Positions 14,150-29,434 of a stretch of DNA of 64,000 nucleotides are shown here, piece by piece; the first letter of the stretch is position 1; each line of letters opens with the position of its first letter. A program made the position numbers and the translations under genes. The notes beneath the pieces are model-generated. The model saw nothing but the letters and a program-made list of their open reading frames with translations. It was not told the DNA's origin and did no database searches. Source of the DNA: the human T2T-CHM13v2.0 reference genome, Homo sapiens; assembly GCF_009914755.1 (NCBI RefSeq), contig NC_060935.1; one strand, 5' to 3'.

Positions 14150-15445
14150 AGCTGCAAAACTCCTCAACAAAATGTTGGCAAATTATGATCAATAGTGTAG
14201 TGGAGATACTACCACCAGCTTACTACAGGAGCCTACACTTTAATCATTTGAACATTTAATATATAATTGTATCAGATTTCCAAAACACATTTAATGAAAG
14301 TTCACAACCATTTTAGACTAAAAAAAAAGAAAAAGAATAAAGACCTATTAGTAATGAAGTATACAGTGATACATTCATGTAAAACATCTACCCTAAACAA
14401 ACATCAAATGGACAGAGAAGTACGACAACACAGGTTTCTCATTTTCTCAATATTTTTCTGCTTAGATATGCCTGAAAGATACAATAAGCTTTATTGATAG
14501 AGGATCATTATGCAATGATTCTAAACTGTGAGTGACACAGCTTGGAGAACAGCTTATCAAGATCTCATGGAGAGAGGAGTATGATAACTCTGTTTTCATG
14601 TCCCTAACCCCAAAGTTTTTTATGCAGCCTCCCAAAGGTTATGAGCCCTTGGTTGAGAAACACTTCAATTACCCCAATAAATAAGGAATACTAAAATAAT
14701 GCTCACTATCATCACTCTTATTCCATTTGTTTGAAAAGTTCTAACATGCAGCAATAAAAGAAAAATAAGTATAAATATTAGTAAAGAATAAAGATTCTTG
14801 GAAAACTCATGAACTAAAAATGAAAAATACCACTCAAATTAATACAAAGATCTTCAACAGAAGGTCAGTTATAATATGAGAAAATAGATTTCTTAGGTAC
14901 CAGAACAAAGTGCAGTGAAAAGAGCTACCATTCACAAGAGTAAGAAAAACTTTAAAAGACCAGAAGTGATATTAAGAATAATTTTGCAGGCCTTATATGT
15001 GAATGAAACCACAAAACTTTACTAAAGAGAATAAAAGAAGCTCTGAATAAATGGAACAGCATTATGTTCTTAGATAGGAAGATTCAATAGGAAAAGAGCC
15101 AACTTTTTAAAAATTAATCTATAAGTTTAACTAGCTCAAATTCAAATACGAAAGAGAGGGCTCTGTTTCTGAAACTTGACCAAATTATTTCACAGTTCAC
15201 CTGGAAGAATGTATATAGATGGATACCAGGAAAATTTTGAAAAATTTGAATGACAAAGGTAAACTTTCATTTCCAAACATTAATAAGTATAATATCATAA
15301 TAGTTTCAATGGTTTGGTTCTTATTCCATGATAAGAATGGCCACATAGAATCTCAGAAATGTACCCAAGTAAGTAGTAAAACTTAGTATATGATAAACAT
15401 GATTTTTCTAATCACTGAGTAATTAGATGGATTTTTCAATAAATA
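14150..15445 (+). mobile_element. Ancient L1M (L1ME-like) ORF2 fragments
   Basis: Degenerate ORF2 motifs gcaaaactcctcaacaaaat, aataaatggaacagcattatgttc...ggaagattcaata, ttttcaataaatagt. Confidence 0.65.
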
Positions 15446-15573
15446 GTACAGGGTTAAATGTTGGGATATCTGCCAATTTTTTTGAGAAAAAAATGTCAGG
15501 GTTCCATTGGATATTGTGTTTTTTTCTGACTCACACCATTTCTTGATCTAAATATCTGACAAGGCATGTGTGG

Positions 15574-16336
15574 TGTTATGATATATGTTGTTTTTCATTC
15601 ATGGTGCCTGGCTCATAACTCCCATAGCCCTTGTTATAGTCTTTTGTTATGATGTTGGGTGTGTTAGGCCCCTGACTCTCTCCTGCCCTCCTTTCACTCT
15701 CAAGTTCCCCTGCCTTTCTGATTGTCCATGAGAGGGTCCCACCCTATACCCTGGGGGAAGGAATGTTGATGTGATGAAACCTCTATTAAAATCCAAGAGG
15801 AAGGGTTTGGTGAGCTTCTGAATAGCTAAACACATGGAGGTTCTTGGAGGGTGGCATGCCCAGGTAGGGCATGGAAGCTCTATGCCCCTTCCCCTATACC
15901 TAGCCCTAGACATCTCTTCATCTGTATCCTTTGCAATATCCTTTGTAATAAACTGGTAAACAAAAGTGTTTCCTGAGTTCTGTGAGCTGCTCCAGCAAAT
16001 TAATCCAACCCAAAGAGAAAGTTGTGGGAGCACCAACTTGAAGCTGGTTGGTCAGAAGTTCCAGAGGCCCAGACTGGCAACTGTTATGTGTGTGTGGGTG
16101 GAGGGGCAACTGTGGGGACTGAACCCTCAATCTGTGGGATCTGGAACTATCTCCGGGTAGACAGTGTCAGAACTGAATTGGATGATACCTGGCTGGTGTC
16201 CGCTGCTTGGTGATGGGGAGAGATGACCACATATTTAATCACATTTAATCACAGATGTTTTCTTCTGTGTCGATGATGTGTGATGAGGTGTGAAAACAGA
16301 GGAAAAACATGGTTTGAGGAGAGTTTTCCCTACACA
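15574..16336 (+). mobile_element. MER21 (A/B) solo LTR
   Basis: TG...CA ends; cctggctcataactcc, tcctgagttctgtgagctgctccagcaaatt, gacagtgtcagaactgaattg hallmarks; AATAAA ~15947. Confidence 0.8.
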
Positions 16337-17127
16337 GCATGAAACTGCTGATTTGCTTTGATGAGGACTGAGGCAAAGAACTAAGTCTATGGAAAGGGTC
16401 TGTTGGTAGCAGCAGAGGGGACCCACTGAGAAAACCAAACTTATTCTTTCTGGATGACCTGTCATTTTTATCCTAGTTTTATGAATGATGCTGCTGAATG
16501 GCACTGGTACCCTGACTGATGTTGCCTGTATTCGTGGTTTCCAAATGCTGGTGTTGGCTATGAGAGAATGTTTACTCTGTGGCAAAATGGAAAAGTTAGG
16601 ACAAATAGTGTTTGTCATAATGCAAATCTTATCCAATATAAAAAATTATCATTTTTCAAGATGTGAGTAGATGTTTCTCCAAGATATACAAATGGCCAAT
16701 AGGTATTTGAAAAATGCTCAACATCATGAATCATCAAGGAAATTCAAATTAAAACCACAGTGAGATATCACCTCACATCTGTTAGAATGGCTGTTACCAA
16801 AAAGAGGAAATGTAACAAGTGTTGGTGAGGCTATGGAGAAAAGTGAACCCTGGTGGGCTGTTGATGGGGATGTAAATTAGTACAGCTATTATGGAAAACA
16901 GTACAGAGGTTCCTCAGAAAATTAAAAACAGAATCATCAGATGATCCAGCAATCCCACTACTGGGTATATATCCAAAGGATATGAAATCAGTATTTTGAA
17001 GAGATATCTTCACTTCCATGTCCATTGCAGCATTATTCACTATAGCCAAGAGATAGAATCAACCTAAGTGTCCATCAATGGATGAATGAATTTTTAAAAT
17101 GTCGTATATGTACACAATGGAATGCTA

Positions 17128-18751
<1,624 letters not shown>

Positions 18752-19439
18752 TTAAGGACATTATGTGATGTGAAATAAGCTAGGCACAGAAAATAAATAC
18801 CACATTGATCTCTTATGTGGAATCTAAAAAAGATGAACTCATAGAAAAAGTAGATGGTGATTATCAGAGACTGAGGAGTGGGAAGATTGGAGAGATGTTG
18901 GTCAAAGAACACAAAATTTCAGTTAGACAGGATCAATACACTCAAGAGATCTATGTACAATATGTGTGAATATACATCACGGTGACTATAGTTAATAATA
19001 ATATATTGTATACTTTAAAATCACTGTAAGAGTAGATTTTACATGTTCTCACCACAAAAAGATAAGGATGTGAGGTGCATATGTTAAATAGCTTGATTTA
19101 GCCATTCCACAATGTATGTATATATCAAAATATCATGTTGTACACTATAAATACATACAAATTTTACTTGTCAATTACAAAAATTAAAAAATTATTCTTT
19201 TTTTGAAATTGTATTCATCTTAGAGATTGGTGATAAAAATATTCTTCTGTGAAATGATAGATTAGTATTTGGTGGCTTTTCTTTATTATTAAATATGAAT
19301 GTATGTACTAAGATAAAAAATTAAAAAGTTGAAAACCTGGCATCAGTTCCTCCAACCTAATTGTTTTTTATTTTAGTGGCACACATATACTTACAGCTCC
19401 CAAGTCTATGTAACACAATGCAGTACTAGTTATACTGAG

Positions 19440-20780
19440 TTTGTATGGATCAGAGAATGAAGTCATCTTAGAATTTTTTAGATTTTAGCCACTAAGCACA
19501 ATCTCTCTGCTATGTCATCTCTTCAGCAGCTCCTACAAAGGACATCCCATTACTTATTGAATAGGAGGCTCATTACTTCTCACAACACATCCTCTGCCAT
19601 TTGTAGACATTTCTACTTCGGAAATTTTCCTGTGGGACAGCAAAAAACGTGACTTCTTTCTTTCCCAAAAGACAGCCCTTCACTATTTAAAAGCAACAGC
19701 CATATCCTGCCAAGTCTCATCTTCTCTATGTAATATCACATCCTCTCTCATTTCCTTCTACCAGTTACCATCTGCCGGTGCCAGTGCCTGTGGATCAAAC
19801 ACCAACAACCTTGGATCATTTGGCAATCACATCATATAGTGTTGCCTATCAAGCTTATAGTTAACTAAAACAGCTTAAGCTTATTTTTTTCCTCACAGCG
19901 ACTATTTACCTAGGCATTCCCCACGTCTACCTATGAGTAGTTGACTTTTTGAATCTTTTGAAAACTTCACATTTATCCCTGTCAGTTGATACTGACCTAT
20001 ATTTCATTCAGTCATCTGGCTACCCTCCCAACTTTTTGTCATCCACATATCTTGATGAACATGTTGTCTGTGTGTTTAAGATACTGAAAAAAATATTAAA
20101 TAGATTAGGGCCGAGGACAGAGCCCTATTGCTAAGAATGACCACAAAATTCAATGTCCGTTTAAATGGTGGTCCCAAGCACAAATACTCTGTTCTGTTAT
20201 CTTCATTTACTGGTACAGAACAAAAGTCAACGGCCATAGCATTCAGCTAGAGATTTTTATCTGATAGTCATTATCACTATCAATAAAGATGTTTAACCAG
20301 CTACTGAGCAAATTCCCACTGTTTCTAGATTGCAGACATACCACAATATACTTTGTCACACACCTGACTGAAAATAAGCTAGACTTGTTCTACTGATAAC
20401 TCAATTAAAAAAAAAACATGAAATTTATTTGATAAGAGTTGTCTTTGTGGGACCTGGCCATTGTTGCTTATTTTCTCAGCTTTCAAAACCATTGATTTAA
20501 TAATCAATTATTGCTTTACTAGTGGTTGATTAACTAGCTTCTAGTTTCTAAATCTGCCTTCTGCCTTTTTATAAAACCAGCACAACATCATTTGTGCATG
20601 CATGTATTTACTCAACAAATATTTATTGTGTGCCTGTTATATGTCACGTACTGTTCTTGGCAATACAATACAAGTGTTATCATTGTCTTCATTCATCTTA
20701 TCGTTAAGCACCTTTCATTTTTATTTTTTTTTTATGATTTCTTGAAAAACACTGACAGGAAGTAGTTCCATCCACATATT
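19440..20780 (-). mobile_element. L3/CR1 fragments with a small L2 3' end near 20600
   Basis: CR1 RT-region hallmarks agggccgaggacagagccct, ttcacatttatccctgt, ctcccaactttttgtcatccaca; boundaries approximate. Confidence 0.65.
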
Positions 20781-22963
20781 CTCCAAGGCTTGGAGGCTTT
20801 GTATCACTGGCTCTGGTTGGCAGCTTTGATTCTTCTGGCATCATAGCCTTATGGTTTCTTTCCTCCACCTTCTATCTCTTTTCATCCTTTCTTCTTTCTC
20901 TCTCATTTTCTTTTCCCCATACTTTCTTTTCTTCCTTAACCCCTTTCAGGCTTGGAGACTCCCTTCCCAATATCTGGGAACAGGGCTAATCAGTTGGCGT
21001 TGCTAGAGTTGGCAAGGGATCTCTGAGGATTGCACACTTGCTGGAAATGGGGATGAAGTGGGACTAGGATTAAATATTGGAAGTCTCAGGCACCGTCTAT
21101 TATTTATTTATTGTTCAATTGGTCAAAAAGGGATAGGAAAATGGAATGAAAACTGTCTTGTAAATGGATAGGACCAAAGCTGATGAAGCCAGAATAATCT
21201 CTCTCCATTAATTCTTAGCATAGTTAGCCATTTCCCTTGGTTCTCTGCAACTCACACTCTTTAAATAACAATTAATAGGATAAACATTTCCCTCCCTGTA
21301 GTGGTGTGCAGTAAAGGATAATAGTAATTTATAATACTTGCATCCAAGCCATTAACTCTCCAGGATTTCCAGCATGAAATGGCAATTATTATTTAAGTGG
21401 GAACTCTCAGGGCACTGGTGCAAGAGGTGGGTGTTTCATCCTCACATGCCTTAGCTGAGATGAATTTTTGTTTGTTCCATATCCTCAGCCTGGCACACTG
21501 AACAGACTGTGTTAGGGCTGACTCTACGTTTAGCTCTGGTTGCTTCATGATGACAGTCACATGCTTACAGTGAAGATTTTGGAATGAATGGGTCGTTGTG
21601 TCTGGATTTCACCAATGTTTGCAATTTTCTGAAAAGGAAAAGCATGCTGCTTTTCTAGAATGTTTTTTGTTTTTTGGTTTTACTCCCAAATCCTTAACTT
21701 TCCCACTGGAGTAGAATCCATATCTGCGGGCTTGTGCTGTACATACACATATACACCCCAGAGCTGTTGGGCCTGGAGAATACCATTAATAATGCAGCCA
21801 AGTCTGGGTGCTTTTTAAAAGTCTATTTCTTGCTTATAAATAAGTGGTAATTTGTTTAAAACATCATTACACACAGTGTTCAGTCAGATCCCATGCATTC
21901 GATTATTTTAAATAAATGGACCATAAATGGAACAAGTTCTTTCTAATTTACAAATGATAGGAAACATTTTTCAAGAAAAAAAAAGGAAAAAGGAAAAAAT
22001 TTGTTCTTAACTACATCTCATTAATGTAGAACTGTTCAATGACCTGTAAAGATTAAAGAATTAGTGAATTGGTGGAATTATCAGAATGAAAAATCTGTAT
22101 AATTTTTGTTTCAATTTGAAAATCTACTAAACAGTCTAGCGACTTTAGTCTCGGATATTACTTTTTAATATCAGTTCCTACAAATGCATTGGCATCAGGG
22201 TTGCAAATGAGCTGAATGAAAAGCAACAAATAGTGTGTTTAAATTCACGGCACAACAGAGGAGCTAAGTGGGAAGGAGGGATGCCATGGGGGGAGGGATG
22301 GGTTATTTTTTTCCCAATAAAACAACTGAAGACATTTAATTAAGTGACCACTCTGCTAAGTGGAGCAAAAATTAATATAAATGCATTTATGTCCAAGCAA
22401 TGGTGCATAATTAAGAAGTCGGCTTCAAATAGAGAACCAGAGATGGAGCTATTTAACCAACATTGCCAGAACAATTTCTTCCTAAAATTGTTCTGGTGAT
22501 CATAAACAGGAAGAAAGATAGCAGGAGGGGAGTGAAGAAAGTCTTGCACATTGAATAGGACTCAGAAGATGAGGCCATCCCCACTGATAAGAGTCTGTTC
22601 ATAAGGGAAGGGTGGCTTAAGGGTCCCCTTCTCCTCCTTCCTGGATCTGCCCACTCCAACCTCCACCTCATTGTCACTCATGCCTATCTGCAAGGGAGGT
22701 CTCTCTTTTGAACTCCCCTCACCAGTCCCTGTCTGCTTTGGGCCAATTTAAACATAATTTTTAAATCTTTTCTGCTGGATGATAATCCTTTCAAAGTAAT
22801 AAATTATCTCTAAGGTCTCTCAGTGACCATCATCATACTAAGATCAGGGTAAAAGCACAATGAATGTTTTTAATCTGGGATTCCAGGCATCCCCAAAGAC
22901 TTGGTGGAGGCAGTTTGTGCTAGGGCTCTAGCTGACTGCCTAGAAAAAAAAGGCAGTCAGCTC

Positions 22964-23432
22964 TGTTGGATGCCTTTCACCTCTTCTTTTTTTTCACTGG
23001 CCTAAATATCTTCTATTGCTTCTTGATCTACTCACCTCTCCCTCCACTCCACTCTGTTCTCTGGGGGTCTGGCCCATCGAAACTGCAACAGCTCCCTTGC
23101 TTCTGGAGGCAGGAATGAAGCAAGAGGAGAGTGGGGTCAGAGATTTATTCCCTGATCCTCCCTTCTGGATGGAGGTAGGTGGGCTGCTTTCCATTCCTCT
23201 TCTCAAAAGACTGTCTCCATGGAGCCATGCTTTTTGATTAATCACTCCCTTCCCTTTTCTCTTATGGCCTAGAGATGATAGTGGCTCTTAGCTGTTATCA
23301 GGTCTAGAGTACTGCACTAGCCCTTTTCCTTAAACTCTGCCCACACCCTTAAAAAGAGTTCTTTTGTTAAATCCTCCTTTAGTTACCAGTTGCAATGTGC
23401 TGTCCCTTTGCTTCTAGGTCCCTGACTGATGC
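22964..23432 (+). mobile_element. LTR33-like ERVL solo LTR
   Basis: gagagtggggtcagagatttattccc, ctctgcccacaccctt, terminal ccctgactgat. Confidence 0.65.
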
Positions 23433-23853
23433 CACTCTTTCCAGGTCATGCCCTTTGGTCATTTTTCTCCAGCTTTACAAACCATGACTATGCTTAATAA
23501 GGACAGTGCCTGAATCCTGAATGCACAGGTCTCCTGGGAAGGCACATTGGGTCTCATGGGAACAGTCGAATGGGCCCACAAGTCACTTGGGCTTGTCCAT
23601 TTTGGAACAATAAAAACATGTTAACTAATAGCATGGAGAGACAGAAGCTTCCACGTCTTGTCTTCAGTGGAGACAGGCACACTCTGAGTCTTTGGAGTTG
23701 TGAGGCTGGAACACAGGTGCCTGAGTTTGGGGACCTAATCAGCTGGTGGGCTAATTCAAGTAGGACAAGTGGTAATAACTCACATCTCAGTGACTCTACA
23801 AAGTACTTTCATTAGCATTGTTTTCTCACAATTGCTCAGTGAATTATCTAGTG

Positions 23854-24069
23854 CAATTATTCTCAACTGCAGTGACTTTTTCCCCAAGGGAACAAATGGC
23901 CATGTCCATAGACATTTTTTATTGCCCCAATCTGAGGGGTATGCTGCTGGCATCCAGAGGGTAGAGGCCAAGGATGATGCCAAACATCCTACAACGCATC
24001 GAGAAATTCCCTACAATAACAAATTATCTGGCTCCAAATATAAATAAAGCAAAGGTTGAGAAATCCCAA
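23854..24069 (+). mobile_element. MER20 (hAT-Charlie)
   Basis: ctgctggcatccagagggtagaggccaaggatgatgccaaacatcctacaa...ggttgagaaa. Confidence 0.85.
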
Positions 24070-24674
24070 ACAGTGTTTTGTTTCTGCTTGAGGGATCAGA
24101 AGAAACCTGTGAGAGTATCTTTTGGAATTGATCTGTTAGATTCAGTGATTCAGAGTATTCTGGGTGAAAATTCCTCTAAGGGAGACCAAAATTAGTGTAG
24201 CCAGAGCAGGAGGCCAAGGAAGTGGCCCTGAGCATCGGACCTCAGAGATGAGGCCCCTGAGCACCAAATGTCAATGCTACCAGAGCCACATCGGTGTGGG
24301 GGCCGAAACTTAGAGCTCATGCAAAAACCTGATATCCTGTTTTTACCACACTCCTTGGCCTCTGTGCCCTATCACCCTCAATTTTGTATTTATGTATGTA
24401 TGTATGTATTTAAGATGAGAGTATTTGGATTTGAGAAGGAGAAAGGAGGCTTCCTGACATGTAGGCTTTAGGTCTGCTTCTTGAGGCCAACTGCCATTTA
24501 CACTCTGGACACATGGAATGGGAGTGTCTTGCTGAACATTTCATATATCCTTTCTCATGGGGATTCTGAAGCAGGATTAGTCTCCTGTTGTGGTGTTTCT
24601 GGAAATGTAGATACTGTGCACATAGTCCCCAGATGACAATGATTCTCTGCATCTTCATCATATTACTTGTCCAT

Positions 24675-25583
24675 TGTGAAAGACAAAACTAAATCTGAGA
24701 CAATTTAACCAAGGCTGTTTATTCTTAAACTTGCAGCGAGGAAATTCATTTATGGTCACTTTCATTTCAGCATAGAATTAGTGTTAGAAAGAAAAGCAAG
24801 ACTTACAGAGTTTAAAAAAAAAAAAGACTGAGGTGGACTCTGATTGTCAAGCATTCTATTAAAATAGGATTTTTGGAAGCAGAGAAGACCTTTTAACTGG
24901 TCTTCCGGTAGATTTAATAGGTTGAAAAAACAATCTGGGGACCTTTCAAAACAGGAAGTATTATTCAGTGTTAGCAGTGGGAGATTTTCTGTAGATGGCC
25001 ATTTTCTGGAACAAGTTGGGGATTGACAAGTGTTTCTTTATGGCCATACTATCAATAATGGTTCTTATGGGGGAGAGGGTTGCCATGGAAGACAGTTTCT
25101 TACTTTCATGCGAGTCCGTGTGAAGAGACCACCAAACAGGCTTTGTGTGAGCAACATGGTTGTTTATTTCACCTGGGTGCAGGTGGGCTGAGTCTGAAAA
25201 GAGAGTCAGCTAAGGGAGATAGGGGTAGGGCCGTTTTATAGAATGTGGGTAGGTAAAGGAAAATTACAGTCAAAGGGGGGGTTATTCTCTGGCGGGCAGA
25301 GTGTGGGTCACAAGGTACTCAGTGGGGGAGCTTTTGAGCCAGGATGAGCCAGGAGAAGGAATTTCACCAGACAGTGTTATCAGTTAAGGCAGGAACAGGC
25401 CATTTTCACTTCTTTTGTGGTGGAATGTCATCAGTTAAGGCAGGAACCGGCGATCTGGATGTGTACGTGCAGGTCACAGGGATTATGATGGCTTAGCTTG
25501 GGCTCAGAGGCCTGACACTTACCACGTAGGTGGGTCTGACAGCTCCCTTGGGAATCTTGAAGCCAGGTTTTCTCCCTTTAACA
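24675..25583 (-). mobile_element. Unclassified old ERV LTR-like element hosting the LTR7
   Basis: TG/CA ends, minus-strand AATAAA ~45 nt from the end; family not recognised, no clear TSD. Confidence 0.35.
25104..25517 (-). mobile_element. LTR7 (HERV-H) solo LTR
   Basis: Minus strand TGTCAGGCCTCTGAGCCCAAGCTAAGCC...GCATGAAA; 5-bp TSD cttac at 25099-25103 and 25518-25522. Confidence 0.95.
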
Positions 25584-25934
25584 CATGGAAGCTATTTGCG
25601 CTTCTAGAAGATGCTGGCTAGCTTCTGGCTTGGTATATCTCCCATTCTTACCTCTGCCTGTGGAAAGGGCCTGTTTTCTCAATTGAAAATGGTTTATTCT
25701 TCCATTGATGGCTCAGATGGTGCTGTAAGGAGTTATATAGGTCATGATTAAAATAACTTATACCATCTTGTAAATGAAGATTGTTTGTGGGAGGTTAGGT
25801 GATTTGGGGAATCTATCAAAGGGCGATTTGTAAGGCAGGTATGGCAGAACCAAGGAATGTAGAGAGAGCAGTTCAGATGCTCATCCACAAAGTTCAAGGT
25901 ACATTTTAAAAAACACTGTAGGAACCAGCAAATA

Positions 25935-26158
25935 CAAGAGTTGAAAGAGTGAGTATTGAAGTCAGAAACATTTGGATTCAGATTTCTGTAACTCATTACT
26001 TTAGTGACCTTTGGCAAGTTTTGTAACCTTTTGGAGCCTCATTTTTTAAATCTAAAGAATAAGGATGGTAGTAATGCCTATTTCTTAATGTTGTAAGGAA
26101 TACCATACTGTCTGCCCAGAGTGTGTTTAGTGTAATGGTGGCTGTAACAATTATTACT
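25935..26158 (+). mobile_element. MIR
   Basis: gtgacctttggcaagttttgtaaccttttggagcctcattttt...taaagaataaggatg. Confidence 0.7.
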
Positions 26159-26199
26159 GATGGGCAGGGAGGAAGCTGGGCAGCCAAGGGCCTGAAGTA

Positions 26200-27300
26200 A
26201 CTATGAGTCCAAATATCCCATGAAATGAGAGTAAGAAGAACATGAGAGAGCCAGAGGATTGGGATAAAAAAAAATTGGGTTTTGCTAATTTGAGGGTTTT
26301 GAGGAGTGGGACCAGTAACAGACCATATATTGCAGCAATATGAGTGGTTAACATGAAGGGAGTGGAGATAAGGCTCAGTGAAGACTAAAGGCAGCTAAGA
26401 AGGACAAGAGGCTGTGAAGTTATGGCTTTGCCTGGGAAATCCACATGGATATTGGGGCCACTTATGTGATCCAGGAAACAAAGCAATTGATGGTAATGAC
26501 AAGGAGGGACAGAAATCTAGTCTGATGGCATAAGCTCCAGTGCATGAAGGGTTTTGCATGGAGGTTACAGAACTATAATCTGCTATTCTGTTTTTACCAT
26601 ACGCCTTGGCCTCTGTGCAAAACCCTTCATATAGTTTAGTAGTGTTGATGAGAAGCTGGAGGAATGCTTAAACTACCTCCTGGCCCCACAGGTATGTGGG
26701 GTGGAAGAAAGACAGAACTTAATTGCCAAAGTTTATAGGGAAGTGGTATTTTTCAAGGGAAGACCAAGTTTCAGTTAATATTAATACTTGCTACCACTTT
26801 GTGTTTGTGTGTGCATGTGTGCATGCCTACTGCATACTAGAAAGTTTATAGAAACTGCACTACAGTCAAGAGGTGGGTGCTTATATTTTCATTTTATACA
26901 AACGTGAAGAACAAGAATCAGAAAAGTTAGAAGCCTCATCCTAAATCACACAATTAAATAAAAGACTAGGGATTGGAACATGAGACCATCCAACTGACAA
27001 GCCCACCCACACTTTTTCCACTCAAGTAGCTTATTTGCTCATTGGGCAAAGAGAAGAGAATTTTGAGAAGAGTGTGAAGATGTTTGGTTTTGTTAACCAG
27101 GTAATAGAAGTTTCAAATACACAGAAGAAAGGGGTAAAAGAGGAGGAAGACATTGGGAAATCTAGAAAATAGGGAACAACCAAAGATGCCTTGGGCTGGC
27201 CTTGGCAGAAGAATCAGTCATTAAAGAAGCTGGGGAGGAGAAGAGTAACCAAGGGTCACAAGGAGGCAATGGGTGGATGGGACTGATTTTGCCTTAGCAT
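26200..27300 (-). mobile_element. Old L2 body fragments with an embedded MIR (~26800-27020)
   Basis: Purine-rich degenerate L2-like sequence; MIR motif cattttatacaaacgtgaagaac. Confidence 0.4.
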
Positions 27301-28199
27301 CTCAAATTTGCTAGAGTCGTTTTGACATCATAGAAACTCAACCTTTTCAATAGTGAAGATGATGCTTTTGGGGAATTTCCTCAGTGTATCCCTGGCATCT
27401 GCCTGTCCCTGGAGAACTGTCAAGTAACTATGCCCAGGAGATCAAAGAAGAGGCGGGGTCAAGTACTTGGAATGCATAGACCTGGAGGTTGGCATGGCAG
27501 ACGGTGGCAGTGGAGGAGTTGTCCGCAGATGCATGGCTTCCTCCAAGCACGCAAGGGCTTCCAGCATTCTTTGAAATCAGTCAGCGGTCTGCCTGTAATA
27601 ATTGATGTGCCTAATCAGGGACTGGAGTCCAATGCCAATTGTTTCTTTTACTTTTTAATGGAATCGAACTCCATACCCGAGCTTAGAAAAATCAAAGCAC
27701 TTCTGGAAGATATTTATTAGCGGCCAAATTATAAAAACACATAGCAAACCTTTAGTTTGCATTACAAGTGTTAATATATGCAGAGCCCCGTGAATAGCTC
27801 ATCTTTCTGCCTCTCTTGTATCTTAAATTTTTCATTACAAATTTCCAGGGCTTCAAAGTAGAATCTCACAGCCGGCGCCTCTTTTCTCCCTTGCATGACA
27901 AAGAGCTGTCAAAAACGGTTCCTGGGCTGGCTAGTTTCTTCCCCTTTTTTCTCTCATCTAAATGTCAAACAACTTAGCTTAAATAAAGCCCAGCATTCTT
28001 CGTCTGGTGCTTCTCAAAAGAAAAACACCACCACAGAAGGCATCTACAAAGGCCCTAATTAATGTTTCTCATTGATTTGGTTTTAGTGTGATGTATTTTA
28101 TTAAAAAAATATGAATCCAGAAGGCACTCTCATTAAAATCATTAGCGGCTCAACATTGGCTGCAAACAGCCTGGTGCATGGTAGGGCTTAAGAGCCCAG

Positions 28200-28500
28200 A
28201 CTCATACAAACACACTGACACAGGACTCACACGTGCACTTGTACATACATATGACATGCTTTCCAGATCATGTATAATGCACCTGGGTGTGTACACATGC
28301 AGATTCATGTGCAAGATACACACAAAATATCTGCATGCACATGCATACATTAATTACTGATGCACAGGTATACATACGTGTGTCTCACCATTCACAGTGT
28401 GTATGTGCAAGCACAGCATACATACATCTGATTATACATACATGCACAGAATATACACTGTAGCATATGCTCACACATGCACATCCATACATGCACACTT
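28200..28500. repeat. Degenerate (CA/TA/TG) purine-pyrimidine low-complexity tract
   Basis: Repeated cacatgca/catacata/tgtgtaca units. Confidence 0.8.
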
Positions 28501-29434
28501 AAACCTGTGAGCATGGCTGCTGACCATAAGCCAATGAACATCCATGTAATAGAGGACGAAGGGAAGAGAACTAGCTCATGTTTCTTAGAATTATGTCATG
28601 GAAGAGATTAAGGAATACCAAGGCCAGTGGTTTTTCACATTACTACTTTCTCTCTTATTATTATTACTTTTTCATTTGGCCTCCTAATACCATGATCCAA
28701 AGCTATTGGGACATATCAGGGATATGCACCTGTCCTCCTGCTGGGACTTGAGTTTTCTTTGGATGGGCTGAAATATTTTCTGGGGCTCTCTCTTCTGATT
28801 GGTCTCTTTGCTCCTCATTATGGGGATAGAAAAAAAGAAAAGAGGGATTATAGATCTTGATAGTGCAGGGAGAAGAACTCCATGATCTGAAACTACTGCA
28901 GTTGAGATTTAGGCTTTTTAGATGGCAGCTACTGCCCAGGGTGGTTTTGGCGTTGATGAAAGCCCTACTGCTTCCTAGACACTTGTTCCTATCCCTCACA
29001 TTTTGTTTCCTTTCCATAAATTAGATTTTGGCTAAACAAACCCTGTCTTCTTCTCACATCTTATTTTTAAAGTATCCTTTTTTTGTTTTTCAGGGATGGC
29101 AATTTTGAAGGGGTTTCATGACTTATAGAGGGACCCTGGGGAAGCTGCCTCCTCAACTTCATCCCTAAGATACATATTCTCTGCTCTCATTGTGATGTGT
29201 GGATATACTCTGGGCAGCCAGTTTGGGGGTTGGTCTGAGGTTAACTGAAATGTTCTTCCTCCAAGGCTAGCTTATTTTTTCTTTTTAAATCAAAGTAGAT
29301 CATTTTATTTCTCCATATTTTCAGACATTCTTTAAAAATTTAGTACCTTTTTTTAAATTCACAATTTGGCATTTCAAAATCAATTACTTATGCCAAAATA
29401 ATTTCTACTGGTGAACTTCTTCCAATTATTATCA

